Shown: positions 24,604-38,314 of the stretch, one piece after another
Position numbering within the stretch: position 1 is the first letter of the stretch
Layout of the letters: every line of letters starts with the position of its first letter
Source: Octopus vulgaris
Lineage: Eukaryota
DNA length: 64,000 nucleotides
NCBI GenBank assembly: GCA_951406725.2
Contig: OX597822.1
Span: 18,228,001-18,292,000 of the forward strand
Reading direction: 5' to 3'
Notes under the pieces: generated by a model
The model's input: the letters and a program-made list of their open reading frames with translations, nothing else
Told to the model about the DNA's origin: nothing
Databases searched by the model: none
Program-made: the position numbers and the translations under genes

Positions 24604-24803
24604 CATCATCATCATCATCATCATCAATTAATGTCCCTTTTCCACACTGACATGGGTTGGCTGGCTGGACAGGAGCTGGTAAGACCAGGGGCTACATCAA
24701 GCTTCATTGCCTGTTTTGGTTTGGTTGCAGTTGGTGGCCCCTTTTAATGCCAGCCACTTCACAGAGTGTGGACTGGATGCTTTTTATGTGGCACCAGCAC
24801 CAG
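24604..24803 (-). mobile_element. Diverged RTE-type 3' tail
   Basis: (CAT)n..CATGGGTTGG..GATGCTTTTTATGTGGCACCAGCAC. Confidence 0.65.
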
Positions 24804-25289
24804 CAGAGTTACCAAAGGAAGTTGCGAGACAAAAGCCCCTTCAGCCAGGAGGAGATGATAGTAATGAGGTGGATGGTTTTGTGCCAGTTGATGGGAGATT
24901 AGAGGTGTAGAGGGACAGGGGTGGGTATCTTGTAGAGTGGAGACATGGGTACCTGAGTTGGAAGAGAAAGAAGGGTGAGATGGAGAGTAAGACAAAGAGT
25001 AAGACAAAGAGAGTGAGTTTGATAAAGAAAGCAAGAGTTAGAGAGATGGTGGTGGGGGGGAAGATGTGTTGGGACATGCCCTTGAAGGGCACTGGGGATG
25101 GTGAGCATGAGTGGAGGTGATGCTAAGTGAAATGATGGAGTGAAATATAGAAGAGACTCAAGGGTGAGGACTATGGTACGTATGTGGTAGTGGTGGAGGG
25201 GTGGGGGAGAATTGAGGATAATTAGCAAATAAACAAGGTGTTAATGATGGAGTGCAGAAAGGAGGTAGGTGGTGGAGACATATATTTAT

Positions 25290-25640
25290 ATCTTTCTTTT
25301 AATTTTTACTTGTTTTAGTCATTAGACTGTGGCCATGCTGGTGCACCGCCTTGAAGAATTTTTTGTCAAATGAATCAACCCCAGGACTTATTCTTTTGTT
25401 AAGTGTGGTAAATGCACCAGCACCAGTTGGCAAGTGATGGGGTGGGACAAACACAGACACAAAGACACATACACACACACACATATATATATTTATATAT
25501 ATACGTCAGGCTTCTTCCAGTCTCCATCAACCCAATCCACTTACAAGGCGTTGGTCGGCCCAAGACTACAGTAGAAGATACTTATCCAAAATGTCAATCG
25601 GTGGGATTGAACCTGGAACCATGTGGTTGGGAAGCAAATA
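25290..25640 (-). mobile_element. tRNA-derived SINE, same family as 15425-15872
   Basis: Shared tail TTTTACTTGTTT.AGTCATT.GACTG.GGCCATGCTGG and head segments. Confidence 0.7.
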
Positions 25641-25723
25641 CATATATATGAGTGTGTGCACAAAGGAAAGAAAAGGGCAATCAATACATTTAGTAGGAGT
25701 TCCGTGTATTATTATTGAAAACA

Positions 25724-26509
25724 GTTTGAATTGGTTCCATGCAGACTAAAGTTTCCCTGGTTTCTAACAAAAACCCATCTCTTTCAGGCTTAGATTACTG
25801 AAGGATGAGGCAAGAAAGTCCAAGAAGGCTGCTGGAAAATGGGCTGCTATTGGTCAAGGTGGGTCGTCACATGGTGTTGTTAGAGGAAGATCAATTTTCA
25901 GTGAGAGCAGTTTCATTAGAAAGGTGAATTTCTTGGACTGTGTGGCTGGATCGCAAGCTGGTGACACCAAAGTGTCAGGGAGCCAGCAGACAACAAGGCC
26001 ATGGAGTGAGTGAGGGTGTGTGTGTATGCTTTTAGTATTTATATGTGCAGGTGTGACAGATGTATGCTAGTGTGGCAGATCTGGTATTTGTGTGTGTCAA
26101 TGTGACAGATGTATGCTAGTGTAGTCGCAACAGTGTTGTGGGGTGGCGTAGTGAGAAAGCATTCGATTGAGGTCTGGTGGCATGGGGGGAAGAGGAAGGA
26201 GTATACATATATGGACATGTGTGTAGTGTGTGAACGTGTGTGTGTGTGTGTGTGTGTGCATGTGTGCACATATGCATGTATGTGTTTTTGGCTGGTGTGT
26301 GTGGGTGTATATACCACATACCAAAATTAGAAAAAGGTGTTTAACTCCTTTTTCTAATTTCGGTATGTGGTAAAGCAGTTAGCTGAAACCTAATTATAAT
26401 TATGTAGATAATTTTACCTATAAAGGTTATTTTAATGTCCCGATCTACTTGGTAGAATTGTTAATTAATTAATTTAATTGATTAATTTTACCCTTCTATT
26501 ATCAATATG

Positions 26510-26541
<32 letters not shown>

Positions 26542-27580
26542 TACATATATACATGTGCACACACACATATATACACACATGGGCACACATATACATACAT
26601 ACACAAATATACATATATGTATGTTTTTGGTGTTCAAGTATGTGGGTATGTTAGATGACAGTGATTGCAACACTACGACTGGGTGGGGAGGGTGAGAAAT
26701 GGGTGTTGGACTGAGGTTTGGTGATGCAGGGGAAGGGATGAAGGAGCAGTGTGCATACTTAGGTGTGTGTATTTGTGTATATGCATATGTATGCGTGGTT
26801 GTGTGTAGGTGTGTGTGTGCACATAGGTGTTTGTGGATGTGTGTGTTTATGTGCACACGCCATGTTTATGGAGGTGGAAGTAGGGGTTGTAGGGGATGTG
26901 TAAGGTTGTGGGGTCAGTCTGCATAGACACTGGTGGTTGGAAACCCTGTCTTTGGTTTTGGAGAAGCCAACGTTAAGATGGTATATCTGGGTTGTTGGCA
27001 GCCAGTGGTTTGAAGTTCACCAGGAATCCCTCTGGTAGCAGCAATAGGATAGTTCATATCTCTTGCTGACTGATACTGCAGGATGATGAAGGATATGCAG
27101 TCTTTCACAGAGACAGAGCTGGAAATTACAGGTGCCAGGTGAATAAGGGGACACCATATTGATGGTGGTCCATTCAATGCTGGGTGTTGCATTCCAGAAA
27201 TAACAGGAATTCTTTCTATCCCTGCATCTAAGCAAGTGCATGTACTCTGTGTACTTCCCCATGAAACCATTGGCTGCCACACCTATGTAGTGTCATGTGA
27301 TACCACTGGTTGATGTGAGGGTGGGTCCGTAGACGACAGCACTTGAGCTTCCTGTCCAATCATGTGGTCCAAACGTTTCCTGGTTCTAATGAAACAGCTG
27401 TTGTTGATTCATTGGTCTTACACTAACAACACCATGTGACCCGCCTTGACCAATAGCAGCCTATTTTCCAGTTGCCTCCTTGGACTTCCTTTGCCTCTTC
27501 CTTTGGTAATCTGAGCCTGAAAGAGATGGGTTTTTGTTAGAAACCAAGGAAACTTTAAGTTGCATGGAGCCAAATCAAAC
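25724..27580. repeat. Diverged inverted pair ~235 bp (25724-25959 vs 27346-27580)
   Basis: For example TTTCTAACAAAAACCCATCTCTTTCAGGCT vs AGCCTGAAAGAGATGGGTTTTTGTTAGAAA. Confidence 0.8.
26312..26506 (+). mobile_element. Short fold-back PLE-type 3' end (61-bp palindrome plus tail)
   Basis: Palindrome at 26312-26372; TTCGGTATGTGGTAAAG and the tail CTTGGTAGAATT..AATTAATTAATT..ACCC resemble the 7536-8219 element. Confidence 0.6.
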
Positions 27581-28276
27581 CATGTTAAATTATATATACA
27601 TGCATGTATAATTAGTTTATTTTCTGTAGATGTGTGTGTGCACATAAATGCACAAATGTATTTATTTATACATGCATATGTGTGTGTGGGTGTGTGAAAG
27701 CATGTGATTAAATCAGAGCTCAACATTTTACTTTCTTTAATCTGTTCATTTATTTCAATATTCTATTATTTTTAACATTTTTTTTTTTTTGTATTCTAAA
27801 ATAACCATTTGTACATAAAATGGCCTCTGCAGTTCTGTAATATCTGCTTCAACTGATGATGACAAAATACCAAAAGACAAAACCAAAAAATCTAGATTTG
27901 ATTATTCAAGAGTTGTGGTCCTCTACGATTGCTCCACTTATTCATGTCATTGTGTATCAAAATGAAGACTTTGATAAATATCAAACCATCTTCTCATCTG
28001 CCATACAATCTCGTTAAGCATCGTAATCCTTCTCTTTCGACTATATTCTCACTGAAATAGCTCTTTACTTGAATCACTCTGTCTATTTCCCTCCTCCCTC
28101 TCTCCTCTCTTGCTCTGTCTGTCTATCTTTATTTCCTTCTAACAAGCCATCCATTTATCTCTCCATTCATACGTCTGTCTACCTATTTATCTCTATGTTT
28201 ATCTGTCTCTCCCCCTCCCCATATTTCCGGGAATTTTCTATTTCTGTCCATCTATTTGTCTTGTTATCAGTCCGTC

Positions 28277-28330
<54 letters not shown>

Positions 28331-29016
28331 GTGCACACACTTTATTAAATTATCTTCACATTTTTTCCCCTTCTCTTTCTCTCTCACCTCCTCAGTCTAC
28401 TGTTTCAATGGGACTTACCGACATTCAGTTCCAGTTCTGCCAAAATAAATGCTGTTGAATTCTTTTGATCAGTGCCAGAGATCATTAAAATGCGAGTCAA
28501 ATTCGAAAAGGCCATGCTCTTTGATAACCAAATTATCCAGTTCTAGATTCCAAGGATTATGTCCTAAATGCTTTGAACATATGCACTCTTCAAAGTTCTG
28601 TTCTTGGCAAAACCTTCCCAACTGATTGGCAGGAAGTCACTCACCAACAAACACACTCCAGCTTTTGACCAGCAAGCCAATGAAGAGCTTCTACATGATG
28701 TGGTTGCTTGATTTGCTGGAAATGGCAATCAAATCTTCCTCAAATCACATTCATCTTAGAAAAGATTATGTTGAATACTGTGGTCCGGAGATATCTGTGC
28801 ATACGAAAATGACAGGATGGTCAAGGGTGGAATGCTTTTGATCAAGATTTACCTGAGATAAAACAATGACATTAACAACTACATCTGACCTATAAATGTC
28901 CTTTCCTCAGCTTGTCTTTCCTCTGGTTACTATAGTCACCTCTGCCTGTCAGCATCACTTTCTGCAACATAGAAAAGACTGCATCGCTGAGACTAGCCTT
29001 CCTTATCACAACCTAT

Positions 29017-29248
29017 TTCTTTACTACCCACAAGGGGCTAAACACAGAGAGGACAAACAAGGACAGACAAACAGATTAAGTCGATTATATCGACCTCAGT
29101 GCATAACTGGTACTTATTTAATTGACCCTGAAAGGATGAAAGGCAAAGTCAACCTCTGCAGAATTTGAACTCAGAATGTAACAGCAGACGAAATACAGCC
29201 AAGCATTTTGCCCGGTGTGCTAACGACTCTGCCAGCTCACCGCCTTCC
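29017..29248 (-). mobile_element. tRNA-derived SINE, second family
   Basis: Minus strand AAGGCGGTGAGCTGGCAGA..GAGTTCAAATTC..GCCTTTCATCCTTTC.GGGTC..AAGTACCAG; other copies at 44640, 58370, 63065 and 63375. Confidence 0.8.
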
Positions 29249-30564
29249 TTATCACAACCATTAAAGAGAGAGAGATGGTGGTGGAGTGTGAGGGCATGCT
29301 CACAAGCAATGTGGATTAGAATATAAATGGGGATGGTAGAGTAAGGCAAGTAAGGGACAGATGGTGGTGAAGTGCCTGGGCATACCCTCATGATATGGCA
29401 GAGTGCAGAATATTGATGGTAGGGTATTGCCAAAGGTGTATGAGTAGGGAGTAGAGACTCCACGTGAATGCAAAGAGTGTGAGGGTGGGGAATATAGTGT
29501 GTGGTGAAACCTGGGTGTATAGAGGAGGACATGAGGATAGCAATGATACAATGAGCAGAGCAATGAGGACAGGAGAGTGAGAGGTACATGTCTAGTTGTA
29601 TGAAAAGAGGAAGAGGAAGAGTTGTGTTTTGGTTTGGTTTGTTGAGGTTGAGTGTGTGAAAAGTTTTATTGTTGTGTGTGGATGGAACACGCAGCACTTC
29701 TAGAACTCAGTTTTGTTGAAGTGGGTGGGTCTTCACAAGCACCTCATACTGTCAGGTATCTCTGTCCATTGTCATCTCCTTCATGAGGCCCAACATCCTG
29801 AGATCGGTCCTCACTACTGCATCACAGGTCTCACCACTTTGGATGAAAGGACACACACTCACATATACTCTTAATACTTGCTTTGGTGTTGCTCTCATTG
29901 CGTGTGGATGTTTGTTAAAACAGTTTTTTATTAGTAAAATAATGTCATCTCCTATAAATGCCTTTATAGCCTCCCAATATAGAAAACTACCATTTGTCCA
30001 CCAAACTTTCTGGCATTATATGTGCATCTGTGTGTGTGTGTTCCCTTTTCACCTGTCACTACCCACTGAATATAGTCATAGGGATAGGATGGAAAAAAAA
30101 CACAGAAGCAAAGCAACATTGACAGCTTTTTGATTGGGGAAGCAACCTGTTCACCACAGAGAAATCTGAATCTGAATGTATGATAATTTCCTGTTCAAAT
30201 TATATATCCAGCTAGATATAATGCTCCTAGAATTTCTGATAGGAGATATCTTACATGTTTCTACCACATGTGCAGTTTTATATTCTCCTATTACCAAATA
30301 AAACATGTATAATGGTGAATAAATTTTACCAAAAAATTTTCCATTCACTTCTTATGCATACCTTGCACAAATAAAATATCTAAATCTGGATTTGGAATAC
30401 CGGAATAGGCACATGTGCTTCAAGATGACCCAACTTGAATTTTAACCCTGTTTACATAACATTCTGCTATCTGTCTGTCCATCTATCTGTCTGTCTGTCA
30501 ACATGTTCTGTTAATTGTATATGTGTGAACGTGTGTATGTTTGTGTCATTTTGTCTTGGCAGTG

Positions 30565-31450
30565 TATGATTATTGTCAAAAAGTTCCCAGATTGGTTATG
30601 TTTAATACAAAATACCTTATTTACCTAAATTTTACCATCATCTCTTTCGAAATAGTCACCTTGCACAGCAATACACCGGTTCCAGCATTCTTGCCACTTT
30701 TGGAATCTGACCTGGAAGTTGTTTTTCATAAGTGAGTTGAGGCCTTTGGTGATTCGTTCTGGATCTTGACAACGATGTTTAAATGGCAACCTTTACATCA
30801 GGTGCTAAATCTGGTGAATAGAGCAGGTGCAGAAGTGATACCATGTTGTTTTGGGTGAGAAACTCACAAATAAGGAGAGCTTGGTGACAAGGTGCGTTGT
30901 CGTCGTGAAGAATCCAGTTCTTCACACTTCACAGATTCCGTTGCTTTCACTGAATGTCTTCCGACAAATGTTTTCAAAAGTCACAGCAGAACTCTTGATT
31001 GATGGTTGGGCCCTGGAGGATGAAGTTTTTAATGCACAATACCATATTTCTGGTGGGTGGAGTGACAATCATGGCAGGTCTTCCAGATCGCTTATCTTCC
31101 AGGGACATTCTTCCACTTTTGAAGCACCTGTGCCACTCAAAACATTCTGCACAACCCATTGCCTCATCGTCACCATAATCTTGCCAAAGCATGCTCAGTG
31201 TCTCTGTAGCAGACTTCCCAAGTTTAATGCAAAATTTCATGTTGGCTTTTTGTTCCTGTTCATGACAAAATTGCAGATGACAGCACACATGTGGACATAA
31301 ATTTCACAACTTGCAAAGTAAACACAGTGATGTCACTCAACACGCTGCCTCGTGAAAGTCACTTCTGGCTTTCACTGTGCAATGACCATGTGCCACCATC
31401 TGTTGACATGCTGTAGAACTACTCTGAGAACGTTTTGATACCACCTCACA
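30565..31450 (-). mobile_element. Mariner transposon remnant, internally deleted
   Basis: EQKANMKFCIKLGKSATET..FEWHRCFKSGRMSLEDKRSGRP, then WILHDDNAPCH..YSPDLAP motifs. Confidence 0.88.
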
Positions 31451-33700
31451 AATGAGTGTTATCTATTTGCAAAAACATGTCTAGCCACTGGGAAATATTT
31501 TGTATGGAAGGTAAAGGTTAGTGACAGGAAGAGCATCCAGGTGTAGGAAATTTGCATCAGTAACCATCGTTTGCTCCATATAAGCATTGGAAAAGTAGAC
31601 ATTAAGATGGTGATGATGATGATATAAACATAAGCAACAGGCTTCCTACTGATTCTGTTGACAAAATTTAGCCACCAGCCACTGGAACTGAACCTGAGAT
31701 CACTTGGTTGCAAAGTAAGCTTCTTAATGAGACAGCCATGTATGTATGTGTGTGTGTGTATGTGTGTGTGTGTGTGTATGTGTGTGTGTATGTGTGTGTG
31801 TACTGTCTGTCACATGGATGGATAGACGAATGTATACATTTACAGACAGACAGAGAGATTTGGATATATTTAATGTTCAACAGATTTTTGGTTACTGTCC
31901 TTTGTTTGACTAACTCCAAACAAAAGAAATTTAGCAGAATTATTACCATTCCTTTCTGCTTTGGTTGTGTTTTCTAAATGTATCACAGACTTGTTGTTTG
32001 ATTGTGCAATGACTGAAGACAAAACCCAATTGCTGTTGTAAAACATCAAGACATGGAACAAAGATTTTCTTTAAGAATGGAGGAAGTTTTTGCAGTTGTT
32101 TTTAGTAAATGACAAGTTTAGCTTTGTTACATGTCTGACAGAGACACAGCAACAGCAATAACAAGAACAACAATGACAACAACAAACCACATTTAAAGAA
32201 AGAAAGAAGAAATGTTAAAATTGCTGCAGCAACTTCTGAAAATAGTTTCATTGCATGAAGTTTATTGGTCGGAATGACAGGAACCATTTTTCTTGAACCT
32301 AGTGAGATATAACTTTGGAAAAATATTGTTTCGAATCCAAGTTGGATGTGTTTTAATTATAACATTTTAGTCTCGTCAATTGATCTTTATTTCGTTGTAG
32401 TTGTTGTAGTGGTGGTGGTTCATTTCAGATCCAGCATGCCTAAGCTATCATCAAATGCATTCCATCCATGACCATCTTATCTGTTTTAGCAGATCTTACC
32501 AACTGTGGACTTCCTTATTTTGTTACTAAGGCATGGAATGATTTGAGAGAATTTAGTTGCTGTATGAAGCAGATTGATCAGCCCCATAGAGACTCCAGTA
32601 GTAGTAGTAGTAGTAGTCCCTCACAGCATCAATTGACAATAAACATGATGTTATCTAATACCAGCAGTTCTTGTTGGGCCTCATTTGTGCTCAACTGTTT
32701 CTGTTTCTTTGGCCACATTTCAAGAGAAATACTGCAACATGATCCATTGATCTACTAGAAATAGCAGCAAAATTTCATTTCTCAAATCACATCATCATCA
32801 TCTTTGTTTTAACATTTATTTTCCCATGCTTGCTTGCTTAGATCAGACAGGATTTATTGAGGAAGATTTTCTATGGCCGGATGCCCTTCCTGTCACCAAC
32901 CTTCACCTGTTTCCAAACGGGATATTTCACCATGGCCAGACATGTTTTTGCAGAATATTGGATAGGAATGACACTATTTCTATAATAATGACTCATATTT
33001 ACAATTATCACACACTGTCATGAGAAGGGGACATACACACACACACTTATAACCATGGGGTTAGGAAGCAAATTTCTTAACCCCACAGTCATGCCTGTAG
33101 ATAACCAGCATGGTGGTTGTAAATTGAACATCATCATCACACAAGCAGTGTTGTTTGTTTCTAGTCTTCTGTGATAAACATGTCTGCATTACTACAGACA
33201 ACCAGCAATACTATAAGACAACCATTAACACTACAGACAACCATCGAAACTACAGACAAGAAGCATTATTATAAACTGCAAGTATTCCTCTAAATGCCAC
33301 TTTGCTTCATTAATTGCCACCATTTAAACTTTTTTTTTGAATAAAGAATATTTTTGAATTAACAAAACAATAGTTTTTCCACCAACTACTTAAAGGACAG
33401 GAAGTGAAATCATGTGAATATTTTGCTTTCTTATAGATTAGTTAGAATCTCATTAATTAAACATTTTGGGTTAATTCTTGGAAGGGGAAGATGAGAAAAT
33501 TTGTTGAAATCTAATAGTGTTTGGTATCACTGGCAGAATTACTGTTCCCGATGTGCCCCTGGGAAATAACAGCATCCGATGTTTTCCATTCACGTGTTAG
33601 ATTCTGGTTTCTCTTCACATTTCCAATATCTCTCTAACTATTGTGAGCAATAATTTGTAATGTCTGTTGGATGTAGTTCTTTCTTGACACTGGTTGAGAT

Positions 33701-33745
33701 CTGACAGCTGCTTTCGTCTACTAAAAAGTTGTAGTTTATCTGCAG
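33701..33745 (-). ncRNA. Decayed hammerhead-like motif
   Basis: CTG-CAGATAA-ACTAC(aacttttta)GTAGAC-GAAAGC-AGCT-GTC-AG; two core substitutions. Confidence 0.4.
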
Positions 33746-34949
33746 TATAAGATAATAACAATTTACAATGTCTTTGAGTCATGCCTTATTATCTTTACTG
33801 TGCAGTAATGGTTCGTTGAGTTAATTAACTTCACTATAGTTAAAATTCTGCTCTCAACTAATGCTTTGAAATTAATATAGTTGCTATCGTTTTATACTTC
33901 TTTTTCTTTTCTTTTCTTTATTTTTGGTCTGTTGTCTTTTCGTCTTTTTGTTCAGAAGACAAAAGGCTTGTACGTTTTGGCTTAGGAGTGTTCTGGATTG
34001 AAACATCTTAGAAATTTTGGTGGAATTTTTCATTTTCATTGAATGGCTGTAATTTTCTGTGGTGTACTATTTAAATAAAGTGCTTACAACAACAACATCG
34101 GAAAGATGTCACCATCCGTGCAACAAGATCATCAGATTTACAACACTAATAATAATGTCTAATAGGCATGAAACATTGATAAAAACTAAAAAAAAAACAC
34201 ATCTAAAAAGTTATGTAAGAAAATAAAATTAACTCTGGATAATGCCATTTTATCGTAGAAATAAAAACGGGTGGTAAATTATCATGTTTCTAGTGTAAAT
34301 TGTAAGTAATGTAGTCTAATATCAGCTCGACTTTGCTGGTTAATGTTAATGTCTTGTTGGTGAATATCAAAGCCTTCTTGCAGTCAATAATAATTTGCTA
34401 TTGTTTGTCTTATCAGTAAAACGTCTTTTCTTCGTTAATATTCCTTTATTTCTTCACCATCTTTCATCTCTTTTAAGTAAGATATCAGTGTCTGTGTCTC
34501 TATCAGTTTAAATAAGTAAACATCTCTCTCCATCTCTTTCTCTGTCTCTGTCTCTCTCCACACACACACACACACACATATATGTATATATATATATATA
34601 AATATATATATATATACATACATAAAACATACACACATATATATATGTATGTATTATGTATCTGTATATATATGTGTGTGTGTATATATATATATATATG
34701 TATGTATTATGTATCTGTATATATGTGTGTGTGTGTGTATATATATATATGTATGTATGTATCTTTGCAAGAAATGCTACACAGCTGATTTAAATCAGAT
34801 CTACAGAATATATTCTTTGTGGCAGGAATAACTATAGAGAATTGATTTAGTTTACTCTTTCATATGCATGTATGTCTATGTGAGCATATGCATTTGTATA
34901 TAATGAATGTAAATAATGTGTGTGTGTGTGTACACAGATAGATAAATAG

Positions 34950-34985
<36 letters not shown>

Positions 34986-35082
34986 CTGTTATAATTTTGT
35001 GTTATTTATATTCAAATTGATGGCAGTGGTATCTCTCACAACTTCAAAACATTCCTTTTAATCTTTTTTTTTTACCTATGGA

Positions 35083-35114
<32 letters not shown>

Positions 35115-36469
35115 CAACAACAGCAGCAGCAGCAAGCAGAAGAATGATAAATCATACTCTTCATGATGGCTTAAACTAAAATATTGCATAGAAAAGAGAA
35201 TATCTATAAGAATGGTAAATATTGTAATGACAAGAACATTGATGGTGATGGTGATAGTAGTGGCGGTGGTAGTGGTGGTGGTGAAGTTGGTGGTGGCTGT
35301 GGCAGCAGAAAACAGCAACGATTGTGATACAATTGACTGTGAAATAAACACATTTTGGTAACTAACTATATTTGGAGAAGTCTACAGCAGACATTGGTGA
35401 GAATGTATGTATATGCATTAACATGTTGCTTGCCTTCATGCTATATACACTCAGCTTTACATGAAAACTCAGGGCCCCATGGCATGAGCACAAAACCAAC
35501 AAGGAGCTTTACAGACACACACTTTCACCCATTTCTAAGCAAGAATGGTTTGGTCACTATTGTTGTACTGAAGAAGAGACCATGTCATATTCTGGAGAGT
35601 TTCACACTTTGGAAGAGGATGAAGACCACTAACCTCATTGATGTTATTGGCAGAGAGACACACTGCAGTCCCAGGTCAAGCTATGTCTTGTGGGTGGATT
35701 TGAGAGAGACAGCAACTAAAAGAAACCTGTCATAATGTATATTGAAGAGTGTAGGCTCGAAACGTAAAAGACTTTCTCACTTCCCAAGCATTAAACTAAT
35801 ATACCTGTTTGTTGTTTACACACCTGTCTTTGTCTTTTGTTTCATTTTTTTTTTTGTAAATTCCAACCACACATGTACACACACATGCATATATATATAT
35901 ATATATATATATACAAACACACACAGAGGAAGAGAGAAGAGAAAGCTGTGCATGTTTGTATCTTTGTTCTGACATCATATGGTTGTAAATGAGCATCACC
36001 ATCATACAAGCAGTGTTGTTTATTTCTAATCTTCTGTGATAAACATATCAGGTTATAGGAAAATATTACCAAATTTGGAAACAGGTATGGGTTGGTGACA
36101 GAAAAGGCATCCAGCCATAGAAAATTTGCCTCAACAAGTTCTGCCTGACCCATGCAAGCATGGAAATATGTTAAATGATGACAGTGATGAAGAATGAAGT
36201 ACTGCAGTAGAACCAGATGTCACACACAAGCAAGAATGGTTTGGTGAATTGTGCCATGCCATTGCTAATTGTTTAGGTACACAGCCTCTGTCCCAGCATA
36301 TAGCTGGTACTCATTACAGCTGAATTAACAGGAGCAACATGGAATGAAGCGCCTAGCTCAAGAGTACAAAGTACTACCCAGTTCAGGAATTGAACTCACG
36401 ATATGAGTGGCATTATGACCACTCAGATGCAATATATGTATATATGAAGCACCTAGTTCACATTGTAAA

Positions 36470-36607
36470 GCTGTTGGTGTTAGGAAGGGGCATCCAACTC
36501 TAAAACCCATGCCAAAGTAGACAGTGGAGCTTGGCACAATCCTCTGGTTTAGCAGTTTCTGTCGAACCATCCAACCCATGCCAGCATGGAAGACGGATGT
36601 TAAATGA
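36470..36607 (+). mobile_element. RTE-type 3' tail
   Basis: GTTGGTGTTAGGAAGGGGCATCC..CCAACCCATGCCAGCATGG..GTTAAATGAT. Confidence 0.75.
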
Positions 36608-37067
36608 TAAAATTATACTCATGTCACATAAATGTAAATCTAATGTACAGATTAGTAATTTAATTATTGAGCATTAATTGAGACAGCTGTAAGAAGCGAA
36701 GATGACCAATTTGTTGTTAATAAAAAATAATTATTAACTTCCTAATCATCATTTATTTTCTTCTTTTAAATATATATATATATATATATATATATCATAA
36801 GGTTCTAGAAAGATATGGCAGTCCTTTCTCCCTCTACATAGAAAACAACTGGAAGAGATACCTAGATGACTGTTTCATTCTTTGGCATGAAAATATAGAG
36901 AAACTTAAAGAATTCCTAGCACTTTTAAAAGGACTTGACGTAAACATCCAATTCACAATGGAATATAGTCAGCAACAACTCTCCTTCCTTGACATCCTCA
37001 TTAATAAATCTAATAACGCAACAGATATATATACTATAAGCCTACAGATTCCAAGCAATATCTTCCA

Positions 37068-38314
37068 CTAGCAGTATCGCCCGGCGTTGCTCAGGTTGTA
37101 AGGGAAATAACTATATAAGCATTTTTAGAGAGTTATAGCCAAAAAATAGCAAAAAAATGCATTAAAAATTGAAAAAAAATTAAGGTAAATTTTTTTTTAA
37201 ATCGTTGACACATCGTAGATATTTTTAGAGAGTTACTTCCCTTATATAAAAGCGAAAAAAATGCATTAAAATGGAAAAATATGATGGTAAATTTTTTTTA
37301 AATCGTAGACTCATCGTAGACGCGCACTAATACCCAGAAGGGCTCGATATGAATCACGACTATAAGATACCCGGTTTTGGTTAAACTGCACTGCAAAATG
37401 TGGGAGTAGTTACGAATCTAAATCGTAGGAGACAGACACACAACTTCACTCTTATATAAAGATGCTTTTTCTTTTCAGTCATAGAGTTAGATTTATGAAG
37501 GTCTTCAGTAGAAAATCCTTCGAATTCTGACTCGCTGCTTGATATAATGAAATTCGTATCCATTTTTTGTCAGAATTACAAATTTTGAAAACACAATAGG
37601 AACAAATTTCGGAAAAAAATCTCCCATAATTCACGGAATTAAAATTACACTTCGATTTTTGTACAAAACTGTATTTGAAGTGTTTACGAAGTATAATACG
37701 TGTTTTCACGAATGTACTAAAGAGATTTACTCTGATATTCTCATTTAAATATGAATAGGTAAATTCGGGCGGTTTGGTAACGAAAGGGTTAAACGGATGC
37801 ATACATAACTATATATAAGTGTCGTCTGTTTATACATAAACACTGTTTCATACTTTCAGTTTAGTCTTCCTCAAATCACTCTGTCGCTATTTACTCTCTT
37901 CCAAGAACATTTTCACTCACTCTTATCTCTTAGCTTGCCATACATTTTACTCATGTATCTATCAGCGTGATAGACAGAAACAAATATTACATCGCCAACG
38001 CCATCGCATTCTATTGTCTACCTGTCAACACACACGCAGTGAATTAGTTTCACTTTATTTGTTGCACACTGTGTGTGTGCGTTTGCGTGTGCTGTAAACC
38101 AGACTAAGAAAAGCATTTGACATACACACCAGAATGTGAGTTTTCTGTAAATTTTGCTTAATTGGAGTTTAAATTTTAAAAACTGGACCTGGCATGACGC
38201 GATGCATTGTACTCTTAAAACTGCTAGGTAAATTGTAATTGAAGAAATCCTATATTGTAGATTTTTATAACTGACAAAGGGAGGCAGATAAAATCTGCCT
38301 TTTATAATAAGAGA
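37068..38314 (-). mobile_element. Composite non-autonomous Helitron
   Basis: 5' TCTCTTATTATAAAAGGC at 38314; second internal 5' end at 37462; 3' hairpin plus CTAG at 37068; removal restores the PLE frame at A|T. Confidence 0.88.
37463..37792 (-). mobile_element. piggyBac-like left end captured in the Helitron
   Basis: TTAA-CCCTTTCGTTACC terminus followed by an acidic ORF start, MDTNFIISSSESEFEGFSTEDL. Confidence 0.55.

Noticed and set aside
29017-29248. tRNA gene
   Set aside because: A/B-box-like head only, no cloverleaf, and multicopy with a SINE body.
30851-31300. 149-aa plus-strand ORF
   Set aside because: Antisense to the mariner transposase remnant.
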